64,000 bases of DNA from Lottia gigantea (taxonomy: Eukaryota). Shown one piece after another: positions 20,233 to 31,500 of the stretch (its first letter is position 1; every line of letters starts with the position of its first letter). The stretch spans positions 437,969-501,968 of the forward strand of contig NW_008708401.1 in the NCBI RefSeq assembly GCF_000327385.1. The letters run 5' to 3'. The notes under the pieces are model-generated. The model was not told the DNA's origin. It saw nothing but the letters and a program-made list of their open reading frames with translations, and did not search any database. Position numbers and translations under genes: made by a program.

Positions 20233-23112
20233 ATGGAAAACGACGAAGAATATAAGACATTTATGAAAAAACTTGAAAACTTTCCAAATTATTTTCAAAT
20301 GAGAGCAGAAACTACGAATTCAAATCATTGGAAAAAATTGGAAAAAAAACTTAATGATGAAAAGGAGGACTTTGAAGAAATGAGTGCAATGGATAGATTT
20401 CGAAACTTAAACTTATTTGGCTGTGTTCAGTATTATCTTGGAGATATGGAATCTGCAGAGTCCTATTTTCAGAAAGTCTTAACAGAATCAGGTTTGACGA
20501 ACATCAATGCTAGTGCGATGATGGCAAACATGTATTACATTCAGGGAAATATAATAAAGTCTAAGGAAACTCTGGAGAAATTAAATGAATTGGCAAAAGA
20601 CCCTTACAAAATAGACATTGCCAAAGGTGAATTGTGTTATGCATGGTCAAGATTGGATCCAAAACATTACAAAAAGGGAATTGATGAATTAAAAAAACTT
20701 GTTTCCAAATATTCTGATAAACCAGAATATCCCATATGGGCTTTTGGTCTTGCTTTATTCTACAGAAGATGCCTTCATCTATCTGTCAAGTCTCTTCATC
20801 CTGATATTGACGTAAACCAATCTTTCAAAAGTGCCAAGGAATTGCTTGAGAACAATATACACAGCGATGATATTGAACCCATTTATAAAGCTCGGTCTTA
20901 TATAGAGCTAGCAGACTTATTAGCTTCAAAAAATATTCACTCTGATATTGAACTTCCTTCTAGTAGTGACATATATAACTACATTGTCAAAGGTGTTGAG
21001 CTGGCCCCAGAATGTGCTTCGGTTTTGATGAAGGCAGGGAAAGTAATGAAACACATTCGCAAATATAAAATATCTGAAGAATATCTTAAAAAGGCTAATG
21101 ATCTACGACCTAACTCTTTTAACTCTCATCAATTAGCATTGATCAAGATAAGTAACATCACACATGAAAAGTATCATAAGGGTGACCATAACAGACATTA
21201 TCATTATAACCCTAATTACCATGCTGGCAGGTTTCAAACACATACTTGTCCTCAAAAAAGTTACCAGGATGTACAGAAAAGATGTGGGGAAGGTTCTCGT
21301 AAGTGGTCGAATGGTAGAAATAAGCCAGCTTGGACAACAACAAACACTAGGTCTACTCCTACATCACACCGACAAGATCACAGGATCCCAGTTGTACAAC
21401 AATTATTCAAATCATGGGAAAGCTCTCCAACAGTCCAGCTTGATCAACAAACTGATGAGAGAGGTTGTTCTACTAATCCAGATCTGGAAGAAGATTGTGC
21501 TATTCAGGAGCGTTGTGCACCTTTTGATTTTGCACAGAGTTGTGGTAGTCCTATTTTAGAAGATAAAGTAGTCCCAGACTTCAAAAAGATGTCTTTAGAT
21601 GACTTAAAAACCACAGAAAAGTTCTATTCTGACAACACACAAACAAAACATTTATCAACAACTAATGACTCTGAATGTATTTTGAAGACTTGCGAACCAA
21701 AAGAAAAAGGAGCACAACCAAATAATGCACTGGGTCCGTCAATTCAACCAAGCAAAACTTTGGATCAACAACAAAAATTTCCCTTCAAATTTTCACCACA
21801 TGCTCCAGAATTTGTACCTTTGCAAGTTGAGAAAAAGATGACACCAATAAAGCCAACTTCAATGAAAACTGTTATGAAGTCGCCAAAATTTAGATCTCTG
21901 GGCTATCACAAATCCAGAAAACTTGAACCTTGTTTGGAGCTCCTGGAGAGATCAGTTTACTACAGTAAGAATACCAATTTTTCTGCTTATTATGACTGGG
22001 GACTACTATTACTACAGATGACTCCTCCAAATTTTGAAAAAGCGTTGAGTAAATTCATCTTCATTATAAGGCATGATAAGTCAATGAATGTACGATACAA
22101 AGCTTACGAGCAGGCTGGAATTTGTTGGATGAAGATGAGTGAAAATGTAGGTGAAAAAGATCAAGAAAATCATTGTAAGAATGCCTGCGAAATGTTTAAA
22201 AGAGCAATTCGATGCTGGGCTGATTGTAAAAGGATGAAATTACATGAATATTTTGATGACACTAAGAAGAATTGTTACTCGCTGTGCTCAATGCGGGAAA
22301 TGATTCTAGGAGATACTTCGAAACGCAACACCCAACAAAGGAAAGATTTGGCTCATATTTACTATCTGATAATGGAATATGGTCCTTCTTTGGAACTTTA
22401 TGAAGAGTTGAAAAGTAACCTTCAGCAACACTCAAATGGACACGACATTGAAGTCGTAAAAGGTATCATTAACAATCATCTAGAAATGAAACAGTTTAAT
22501 GGTGTTCTTGACTTATTATCAATATTCATATCTTCTGAAGAAGGTTTTGTTTGTCATGAATTCAAATATGAAGTTCTCAAGAAGATGATGGATTTTGCTA
22601 TTGTAAACAATGATCATACTTTAGCTGCATCAGTCATAGATTTTGATAAGGAGATCAACTTCTGTTATAATGTAATGATCTTGTACAACAAGGAGGATCC
22701 ATCATCAAAAGAATTAGGGAAATGTTTAGGTGGCTGGTTGGTTGACATTGGGTTGAAAATAACTCATAATATGGATGATGTTATTTTAGGGTGGCCCAAA
22801 TTGGATGGTCAGGGAATCATAATAGGAAGCAGTAGAATGGCCGTCTGTATAATTAATGATAACAATAAATGCGACTACTTACATTTCGCAATGGAAATGA
22901 CCCTAGATGACTTTCTTACAGATGGTAGGAAAATATTTCCATTATGTATCAATAATTCTAAACTAGCTAATCCTTTTAAACATTTGAAATCATTCTGTGT
23001 ATCTAATGAATCTCGATTTGACAAACAGAAGACCGATATACTCAAAGCATTCTGTGATATTTATTTGGCTTCCAGGAATTCACCTACTGAGCCTCAGATT
23101 GAAGCAAATTAA
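20233..23112 (+). CDS. Intronless coding exon of 959 aa for an IFIT-like TPR protein (interferon-induced protein with tetratricopeptide repeats), with a long extra C-terminal extension. The 5'UTR splice acceptor is at 20212-20213.
   Basis: Uninterrupted 2.9-kb ORF in an AT-rich genome. The N-terminal roughly 340 aa aligns by eye with vertebrate IFIT1/5 landmarks: RNLNLFGCVQYYLGDMESAESYFQKV versus WGNYAWVYYHMDQLEEAQKY; DIAKGELCYAWSRL...KKGIDELKKLV...DKPEYPIWAFGLALFYRR versus DCEKGWALLKFGG..YQKAKAAFEKALEVEPDNPEF..GYAITVYRL; RPNSFNSHQLAL versus TPTSSFLHHQMGL; HYHYNPNYHAGRFQTH versus IHYHYGRFQEFH. The similarity call comes from remembered IFIT sequences, not a database search. Confidence 0.6.
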   Translation: MENDEEYKTFMKKLENFPNYFQMRAETTNSNHWKKLEKKLNDEKEDFEEMSAMDRFRNLNLFGCVQYYLGDMESAESYFQKVLTESGLTNINASAMMANMYYIQGNIIKSKETLEKLNELAKDPYKIDIAKGELCYAWSRLDPKHYKKGIDELKKLVSKYSDKPEYPIWAFGLALFYRRCLHLSVKSLHPDIDVNQSFKSAKELLENNIHSDDIEPIYKARSYIELADLLASKNIHSDIELPSSSDIYNYIVKGVELAPECASVLMKAGKVMKHIRKYKISEEYLKKANDLRPNSFNSHQLALIKISNITHEKYHKGDHNRHYHYNPNYHAGRFQTHTCPQKSYQDVQKRCGEGSRKWSNGRNKPAWTTTNTRSTPTSHRQDHRIPVVQQLFKSWESSPTVQLDQQTDERGCSTNPDLEEDCAIQERCAPFDFAQSCGSPILEDKVVPDFKKMSLDDLKTTEKFYSDNTQTKHLSTTNDSECILKTCEPKEKGAQPNNALGPSIQPSKTLDQQQKFPFKFSPHAPEFVPLQVEKKMTPIKPTSMKTVMKSPKFRSLGYHKSRKLEPCLELLERSVYYSKNTNFSAYYDWGLLLLQMTPPNFEKALSKFIFIIRHDKSMNVRYKAYEQAGICWMKMSENVGEKDQENHCKNACEMFKRAIRCWADCKRMKLHEYFDDTKKNCYSLCSMREMILGDTSKRNTQQRKDLAHIYYLIMEYGPSLELYEELKSNLQQHSNGHDIEVVKGIINNHLEMKQFNGVLDLLSIFISSEEGFVCHEFKYEVLKKMMDFAIVNNDHTLAASVIDFDKEINFCYNVMILYNKEDPSSKELGKCLGGWLVDIGLKITHNMDDVILGWPKLDGQGIIIGSSRMAVCIINDNNKCDYLHFAMEMTLDDFLTDGRKIFPLCINNSKLANPFKHLKSFCVSNESRFDKQKTDILKAFCDIYLASRNSPTEPQIEAN

Positions 23113-23295
23113 ACGAGTAGTTGTCCAAAAAGCTGTAAACCCAAACAACAGTAACTTTCTTAGCAGCCTTAACTACAAAAGTTGGTCGCATTTTTGGCTA
23201 AACTAAATTAAGGTGTAGTGTCTTCAGTCATAGAAGGCCTATCCTGATTAATCAAATTTGAAGTATCTATTTATAGGTATCAATCTTTTTTTTTT

Positions 23296-23700
23296 AAATT
23301 TTCATATATTATATTTATGTCTATTCTGTTATGTATATATAAATTCTGATTTTTAGTGTAAGGCATAAGGAATGTGAATATAATATTATTCTCGTTTCCC
23401 CCCACGTATTTATGTATTAGTGTTTATTATCTTTTTACTTATTATACCTATTATATATGTATTATTATATTATATCTATTCTATTAAGTATATATAAATT
23501 CTGATTTTTAGTGTAAGGCATAAGGCATGTGAATTTATTATTCTCGTTTCCACCCCACATATTTATCCATTATAGTGTATATCATCTTTTTACTTATTAT
23601 ATTTATATCTATTCTGTTGTGTATATATAACATACTGTATTTTAGACATAGGCAAAAGAAGAATATGGCATGTGAATATAAATCATATATATTTGTCCTC
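23296..23700. repeat. About 2.5 tandem copies of a roughly 165-bp AT-rich unit in the 3' flank of the IFIT-like gene.
   Basis: Recurring blocks atatataaattctgatttttagtgtaaggcataagg[ac]atgtgaat...attctcgtttcc[ac]ccccac[ga]tatttat...atctttttacttattata. Confidence 0.6.
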
Positions 23701-24007
23701 CATATTTTCTTCTCCCATGAAGACCATCTTTTTTTCATAAATTTTTGATTAATTATTTAAGTTTAAGTTTAAGAAACAAGGGTTGATCCCTGTAAGACTA
23801 TCCTGCGTGGTTCCATCTGTTTTAATTCTGGCATCAATTAAACAGCATGGAAGCAAGTATATCACATTCAAAATTTTACACCTACTATTTTTTCGAACAC
23901 ATGTAACATGCTCAGAACCATGTACTAACTTGTTTTATTGAATGTCCATGATCTCATCAATTGAGCGAGCCCTGTGCATTAAAAAAAAAATTCAAACTTA
24001 CTGCTTC

Positions 24008-27000
24008 TTCAATGCTATCATCATCATGTAGAATGTTTCTATTGACTTTATCCACAATAAATAAAATACTGTATAAACGAATAGCCAGAGTCACGTAAAA
24101 ATACGGAGTAAGGAAAAATAATTGTAAAAATTTTATAGCTTGAACAGCATACTCTGAAAAAATTATAAAATATAACAGAATTAGTTTTGCAAGTTTTTAC
24201 TTCATAGGGACATAAATTTATGGATTTGTGGCCTCATGAAAATCTAGTCCCTAAAATTATTAATTGTTTTAAAGTACACATTGTAATTTTTGTAAATACC
24301 AAATTTTATGTTTGTAGCTTTGATTGGTTTTGTAGATAGTATAATAGCTTACATCAATTGAAGAATAATATAGTAGAGTACATAACAATTTGGAATGCAG
24401 TTCCATCATAGATGACCCTAAGCATTCTTCTTTTAACAAATAATCCAAACTTGAACCGTAGATATGAAAACAAGTACTATTTGTCAGACCTCAATAGGGA
24501 CACAGACTCAAACAGATCAGTTGTAAAAAGATCCCATAGTGTGAATCTTTAAGTAGCATGTTTCAGTTTCTGTCTTGATTTTTTCAATACATTGTATTTT
24601 CAAATTGCTCTAAATTGATGTATTTAGGACATCTACAATTGATGTATAGAATAATATCTTGACTGAAAATATTTTGTCATTGTATGTAAAAAAAAACAAA
24701 TCGCAGTTTGTAATTTACACCTACCTGATTTTATTCTCATAATACTGAAAAATAACCCAACAAATGACGAAGTTTCATGTCTGAAAAAAAGTAAAATTAT
24801 ATGTTTGCTGTAAATTTCAGTTATGTTCATCAAAATGTTCAACAATTAAAAGCTTCATTAAGATGGAATTGAAAAATGAGCACTTGGTCAACTTTCAAAA
24901 CACATCAGCATGTGAAAAAGGTTTCAATTCATGTGTATCGGGATACGGAAAGCATCAATTTGCACTTTCCTATTTTTAGTTTCTGGTTCTTGCAATTCAC
25001 TATCAAAGAGGTTCTCGCCCCCTGGGTAGTAGTAATAGTGCTCAATAAATTTACAGTAGTGCGGAGCATAGTGGAGTAGTGCTGTAAATCTAAAAGCACT
25101 TATCATACCGACGTCATAGTGACTCTTAGTTTCAATACATTTTACGTGTACCTGGTCCATGATCGTGGAGGTTGAGTTGGTTGTTTAATGAATGTAGATT
25201 CTTGCTGCATGGCATATAAAACTGCTACACTACACAAACTACAGAAAGCTGCATCACTTAATATACCTGTAAATATAGAGCTGCAGATTTATTTACAAAG
25301 TTTAATGGCACGTTTCAACTTCAACTTAAAGATTTTATAAATAAATTTTTTTGCCTTGATATTGCAATTACCTAATTAACATCATTTTCTATGTAGACTC
25401 TCTGAATGAAATACTGAGATGACAATCCCAATCACACATTTGTTACCGATAAGAGAGCAAAACTTGTCACTGTACTTATCATATTGCAGTTCTAATTCAT
25501 GAAGTTTTTGAATTTGAGCTTAAAGGTAATATGGCCCTAGGGACAAGCTTGTCCTTATTATGATCAAACTACAATAAATATTGAATATTTTGTTACCTTC
25601 TGGTGCTATAACCATCATATTATGAACCATAACAAAAACAATCACAACAATTAATAAACACCTACAAATACAATATAACCAAGACCATTTATTCAACACC
25701 AGATAACTTCAGGATGTTTCCATGCTATATTGTGACTAAATGTTCACCAATGATGCATTTTATAATCATTATCAATCCATATTTTAAGATTTATTTTGTA
25801 TTTTTATAAGCATTGTTAACAAATGCTTGTAGTCCTGCCTATGATGTCTGAACTACCAGAATCATGAACAAGGTCAGACTACATGACAATCTGGACATAG
25901 GACCAATAAAACTATGGCTGCCTTTAAAGAACCACAGATGTCTGACCGAAAATCGAGTGGTACAAATTGATGCTATCAGTGTCCCCGATACACATAAAAA
26001 ATTTAGAAATCCTCTTTACGATCCCTTTAAATATTATATGTTGCAGAGCAAGAACTTTCACAGTGGACATTTTGAGGTTCATGTTGTGAGCACTTACCAT
26101 ATTTGTATAGTAGAACCCTCGCTATAAATAGACCAAGCTAAGGTAGAGGAAATACCATAACATAATGAAGAAAACAGTATCAATATACCCTGAAATATAG
26201 CACACTAATAAAAGTTTCCCAGACAATGGCTATTCTTTTAATTAGATTATCATTTCGATATAAGTTGTTGCCTGCTCCCATTTTCAAATTCAGCAAAATC
26301 AAATACCATGACCTTCACTGACAAACACAAGGGTTTTATTCATGAAAACTTTACTGCAGATGATTTTTGTGTTCCAGTAATCTGATTGGTGAATCACTAA
26401 AACCGATTTTAAATTTAATAATATTATCCAATCAGATGACTTGAATTAAAAAATCTGGATTATTTAAGACGAGTTTGGAAGAATACAACTGAAAAATCAT
26501 TGCACTTCTCACAAGTTAAATCGATCACCTCCAGGAACCTTATTCTTGAAAACTTAACCTAGATAAAAATCCAGCTTTTACTAAGTACAGTAACCTGTTA
26601 TACTTACCCTAGTTTTAGGATCATCGCTATCCCACTCATCAATAATTCTCTGACTACATCTCATCACATAATTCTGGACTAAAACAACCTCTAATAGTTT
26701 TAATACTGGCTCAGTAAGTAGTAATAGTATTCTATAGAACCAGAGTATAAATACTGGAGTGATATTAACTGGCAAATAGACCAATATCACTAGTAGTAAT
26801 ATCTGAGTGTAAGGTAGTATAGATCTCTGAAATTTAAAATGAGAAAGGTCAGTAGATGAAATTTAATTCTGAATGGATATAAAAAGATGCAGGTTTTTGA
26901 AATATAAAAAAGGGTACTATCTTAATTAAGGGATAAGAAAATCTGAAAACAAAATAAGCCATGTAAGAGATCTTGCATTATAACAGAATTTAATAAAATA

Positions 27001-27373
27001 ATTCATTTTTTGTACAATTCCTGCTAACTAAGAGTACATGTTTCGATAAAGAGTGAAACACTTATAACCAATTCCAACCTATTTAGCCTAATTTTCTATG
27101 CCTTACTTTTCCACATAATGATTAAAATATTTGAAATCTATTTTCACATGCATGTAGTTATTTATTAAAGTACATGAACAACCAATAAATAAACAAATGA
27201 ACAATACTGACCCATTGTTTTGGTATAAAGTTGATAATAACAGAGTGTAGCAATAGTAATATTGATAATCTTAGTATGATATCAAGCCCACAAAATGAAC
27301 CATAGAAAGGGGAGGTGGCCAGGAGTAAGTAGGGTAACAGCTCTACCAAACAACAGCACGCTGGGAAACACAT
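24008..27373 (-). CDS. Putative multi-pass membrane protein gene on the minus strand. Identified exons are 27212-27373 (ATG, MCFPACCCLVELLPYLLLATSPFYGSFCGLDIILRLSILLLLHSVIINFIPKQW) and 26608-26802 (ILLLVILVYLPVNITPVFILWFYRILLLLTEPVLKLLEVV...DSDDPKTR). A likely further exon at about 24008-24153 does not join in phase, so at least one exon between is missing.
   Basis: Hydrophobic, TM-like ORFs are bounded by minus-strand GT-AG signals: donor TGG|GTCAGT, acceptor cactcag|ATA and donor AGG|GTAAGT. The first two exons are both phase 0-0. Family is unknown and the model is incomplete. Confidence 0.3.
25880..26040. mobile_element. Dispersed single-arm copy of the same foldback/SINE-like repeat family.
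   Basis: Shared blocks aaccacagatgtctgaccgaaaatcgagtgg...gatgctatcagtgtccccgatacacataaaaaatttagaaatcctctttacgatcc match the arms at 16237-16540. Confidence 0.55.
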
Positions 27374-28514
27374 TGTAATATCATATCATATCCAACAGAT
27401 AATTTCCTAAAAAATAAGTGATATTATTCATATTGACATTGGTAAGACTGACATTTTGCAAATTGTGGGGGATGGGGGAAAAGTGTTGAAAATCTGAAGG
27501 TATTATCTCGACCTATGTTTGGGCCATATATACATGTATATTTAAAAGATCAAATACATGATAAGAGTTAAGGGTATGCTTATTTTCTATATTCTTTAAT
27601 TGAATGCTATATTTTGAGATAGGGTTCAATCACAGTATAGGTCGAGATAATACCTCGATTTCCCCGTCAGTCATGCAGGTAAGAGGAGCTGTGCTCTGCA
27701 CGTTAAAGATCCCTCGACAGTTGGAAATCGAAAAAGAGCAGGCTAATGCCGCTGTCCTGGCAAAATTTCCCTCATTGAACACTGCATGGCATTGCCCGTC
27801 TTCATTAGCCCACATGGTGCAGAAAAGTAGGACGTAAAACTCCATTAATTTCATTTCATTTCTTATGGGAGGAACTTGTAAAGGGGGAGCACTGTAAGCC
27901 CTTCCTTGTATTTCACCTCACTCAGTCTGTATTCAGCAATCAGTGAATCAGTCATTCACAGAGAAAAACTGGCCATGATCGTATCCATTCATTCGCATTA
28001 GAAATATAGTAAAAGTGTAGATTTATGTCTATTCCTAGACGCAAGGTTATCTGCAACGTCTTCAATACACTTGCTGCAAGTGTCAATTGCATTAAGACCC
28101 TTTTATACCCACTTATACGTCCCTTACGGACGAAACTTGTTCTGCAGGTGCAGTCAATTGGTATAGCATAAAATGTTGATTTGGATTACCAGCATTTGCA
28201 GCAGTAATCGATTGCAAATAAGATGTTTGGTCTTATAGAAAGTATTAGGCCTATCTAATTATATTTTATGTAATTGAACTACATATTTGTAACAGATCGC
28301 TGTTATTTCAGTGAAAATAATATTTTTGTTAGTAGTCGAAATTTATCTTTTAGGCAAAACCTTTAATCCCACAATCCATTTGCCAAGATGTCAGCCCCCA
28401 TTAAAATGTAAACAAACACAGATTTGTGCAATATTTTAAAATATTTCAGTCAAACGTTTGAAGAATTTGGGAAGTTATGGTACAAATCCAATTGATTAGA
28501 TAGAATCAGCAATT

Positions 28515-31500
28515 ATGGATATGAAAATAAACAAAAATAATGTTAAATCTAATGATTTTCAGCGAATATGCCAAATTGAGAAGGATACTCGTGGGACATT
28601 TTCTGGTTTTTTTGATGCACTTTCAGTTTACATCAATAAACCACATGTTGTAAATAGAAGATTAGTTGGTTCAGTATTAATTTGTGAGGAATCCATTCAA
28701 AATACTGAATGCGTTGCGGAGAAATGTCATGAACTTGTTGAAAAACATTGTGATCAAAGGGAAACAACTCCACTAAAGACTACAGTTAATTTAAATCAAC
28801 ACGACAAAGTTTATGTTCTGATCAGAGACCTTATTCCTAAGCAACTTGATAAGTATCCAACTTTAAGAGAACTTGTTTGTTTTGGTAAGAAATCTATATC
28901 ATTGGCTGGCTAGCTAGATCTGCCCTTTTTCATTAAAGTTCAGAAAGAAGCCAAATGCAAAGTAGGGCCTATTTTGACTCAGCTTGTCACAGGAGAAACA
29001 AAAAAGGTTAATAATGCAGTGATAGTATAACTATAAGAGTGAAATTAATTTGACTGAAGGATTTTCAGTAAAGTATACTGTTGATCTTCTGTGTGTTTTT
29101 TGACAAAATTTATTGGTTCATATTATCTAGAATTATAGAACCGGAATCTGTATTTTACAGAGTTTATTATTGACAAGTTATGATAAGGGGAGAAAATGTA
29201 TAAGATGTCCGAAATATGAATGGTATTCACACTGTTTTTGACTAATTCATGGGTTCTCTAAAATTTATTTTATAGATTTTGAAAAGAAGACAGTCAAGTT
29301 TCAACCAATATGTTGTTTTAATGTTAATGACAGAAATGAGGAAATAGACAAAAGCATTGAAGATGAAATGGTCTTTACTTTTACTTTTCAAACAAATAGG
29401 TAAATATATCTCTGTCATTGCTTTGGTCATTGACCAGTAACATCTTAGATATAGCGTTAGCCGTTAACTATAAGTTTGAAATTTGTCAGTATCTTAATGA
29501 ATATTACCCCCAGTTTTGATAATTTAATTATTTCAATAAATGGAGGAATGACATGAATCAACATGGAGTTGATCTAAGAAGAAGTAGGTCTTAGCTTATA
29601 AAAATCAGTTTATGTAGACATAAATTCGTGCCTCCCATAATCCATGATGAATTTTTGCCCTAATTGGCATTTATGAATACGGATACATTTGGTTCATTTA
29701 TGACTGAGGGAAAAGAGATGCATATACAATGCTTGTTATTGTTTCAGAATTATTCTTGAGGTTTATAAGAAGGCAGGATCAGTAAAAGATGGTCATGTGA
29801 CTTTATTGTGGTTAACTGATGTTTTATTGGTTAAACTATGTCGATGGGCAGAAGAGAAGAGCTTACGCATCGGTCAGACCTCATTAAAATTAGTAGCAGT
29901 TGACGAATATAACAAGCTCTATAATGAACTAAAGCAGAAATATGGTGTGAAATTAGTTGAGGTGTGGCCAGAAAGGACTGACCCTCAGAAATTTGTGTAT
30001 GAGGATATTGCTATAGCTACATATTTATTGGTAAGTTGCACCGGGTGTTGCCTACCCCGACAATACAAGGTCCCGTTCTACAAAAAATTTTAGGATCAAT
30101 TTTGTCAAGTATGGTGTTTCTCAACTCAACACTTAAGTTAGCGTTTGTTTTTTTGTGGAACGGGGCCATGGCCCTAACCAGTTCCTCTGACATGATATAG
30201 GATGTGATATCATCCTGTTCTGGCCCAGACATCAAATATCTGTTTTCATGAGTTCATTTAGACCCACCCATTTTTAGATTTTCACAATGACAAAAGCTTT
30301 TGGTATCTATATAAAGCTGAACTATTAATGAATCCAGCAAGACATAACCAGATATTCTATGTCCCCGTGCCCACATGGTTCCAATGCAGTAGTGGTATCA
30401 TATTTAAGGTTTCTGCTTATATTATTTCATGTCCAATGATGTTATATTTTAGTTATTATGGAGATCTGACTGTGATGAATCTGGTGAAATAAAGAAACAG
30501 TCATTTGTGGATCTGGGATGTGGAAATGGTCTGTTAGTCTATATTCTAACTGCAGAAGGGGTAAGTTCGCTATATCAAACTTCTTTTTCCTATCTTTCTC
30601 ATAAACCATACAGATATTTAGATATATAATTGAGGACGCTATTAACATGAGCACTGTTCAGTCATAAATACATTGGTGATATCTGACTATGAGTTGATAA
30701 CAATGAAGGCCTGATTTTCAACTTTAAATTTTTCTTGAATTGTAGGGGACTAGACATCAAATTTTTATTCTAGAAACAATAAGGAGTCTGTGAAGCAAAT
30801 ACTTAACAAACTATAATAGTTTACTTGTTTTCTAAAATGATGGTTTCATATTTTTCATACAGCATAAAGGAGTAGGATTAGATTTAAGAAAAAGACAAAT
30901 ATGGGACTGGTATGGCTCTGGTGTAAATCTGAAAGTAAGTTATGATTTTATGTTGATATTAGATATTTGGTGCACACTGTGGTATTCCTGTTCAGTTAGT
31001 TTGCTTACTTGAGTCATATCCCTTGAGTCAACAATTTGGCCAAAATTTGCACAAATAGCTGCTTCATATGGAATTTGTGTCTGAAACTCATATTGGTAGA
31101 ATATTATGAGCTCTGATCAATTACACAAGGACTCAGAAGTGATGATACACCTATATCAGCAAGATGCTTACTCTTTTCCATTGATTAATTCATACATTTC
31201 CAATCATTTGTGTTTATCGATTGGTTTGTATTTTTAGATTGAATCCATCACTCCATCAAGTGATACTTTATTCCCAGAATATGATTGGTTGATTGGTAAC
31301 CATAGTGATGAATTAACACCATGGATACCTGTCATGGCTGCAAGGTAAAAAATAAATTTCTATTTTTATGTAAATGCAAAGAAACATTTGCCTAGGTCAA
31401 GGTTTGGAAAGCCCTAAATTTATTGATTGAATAAGTGTCCTTTATCCTTGATATCCCTGTACTGTTAGACCCATCTTTAAATGGGTATAGATAATCCAGT

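Noticed and set aside
21164-21559. Internal alternative-frame ORF within the IFIT-like CDS.
   Set aside because: It is fully nested in a 959-aa ORF in another frame and its product is low-complexity. It is a by-product of the long ORF.
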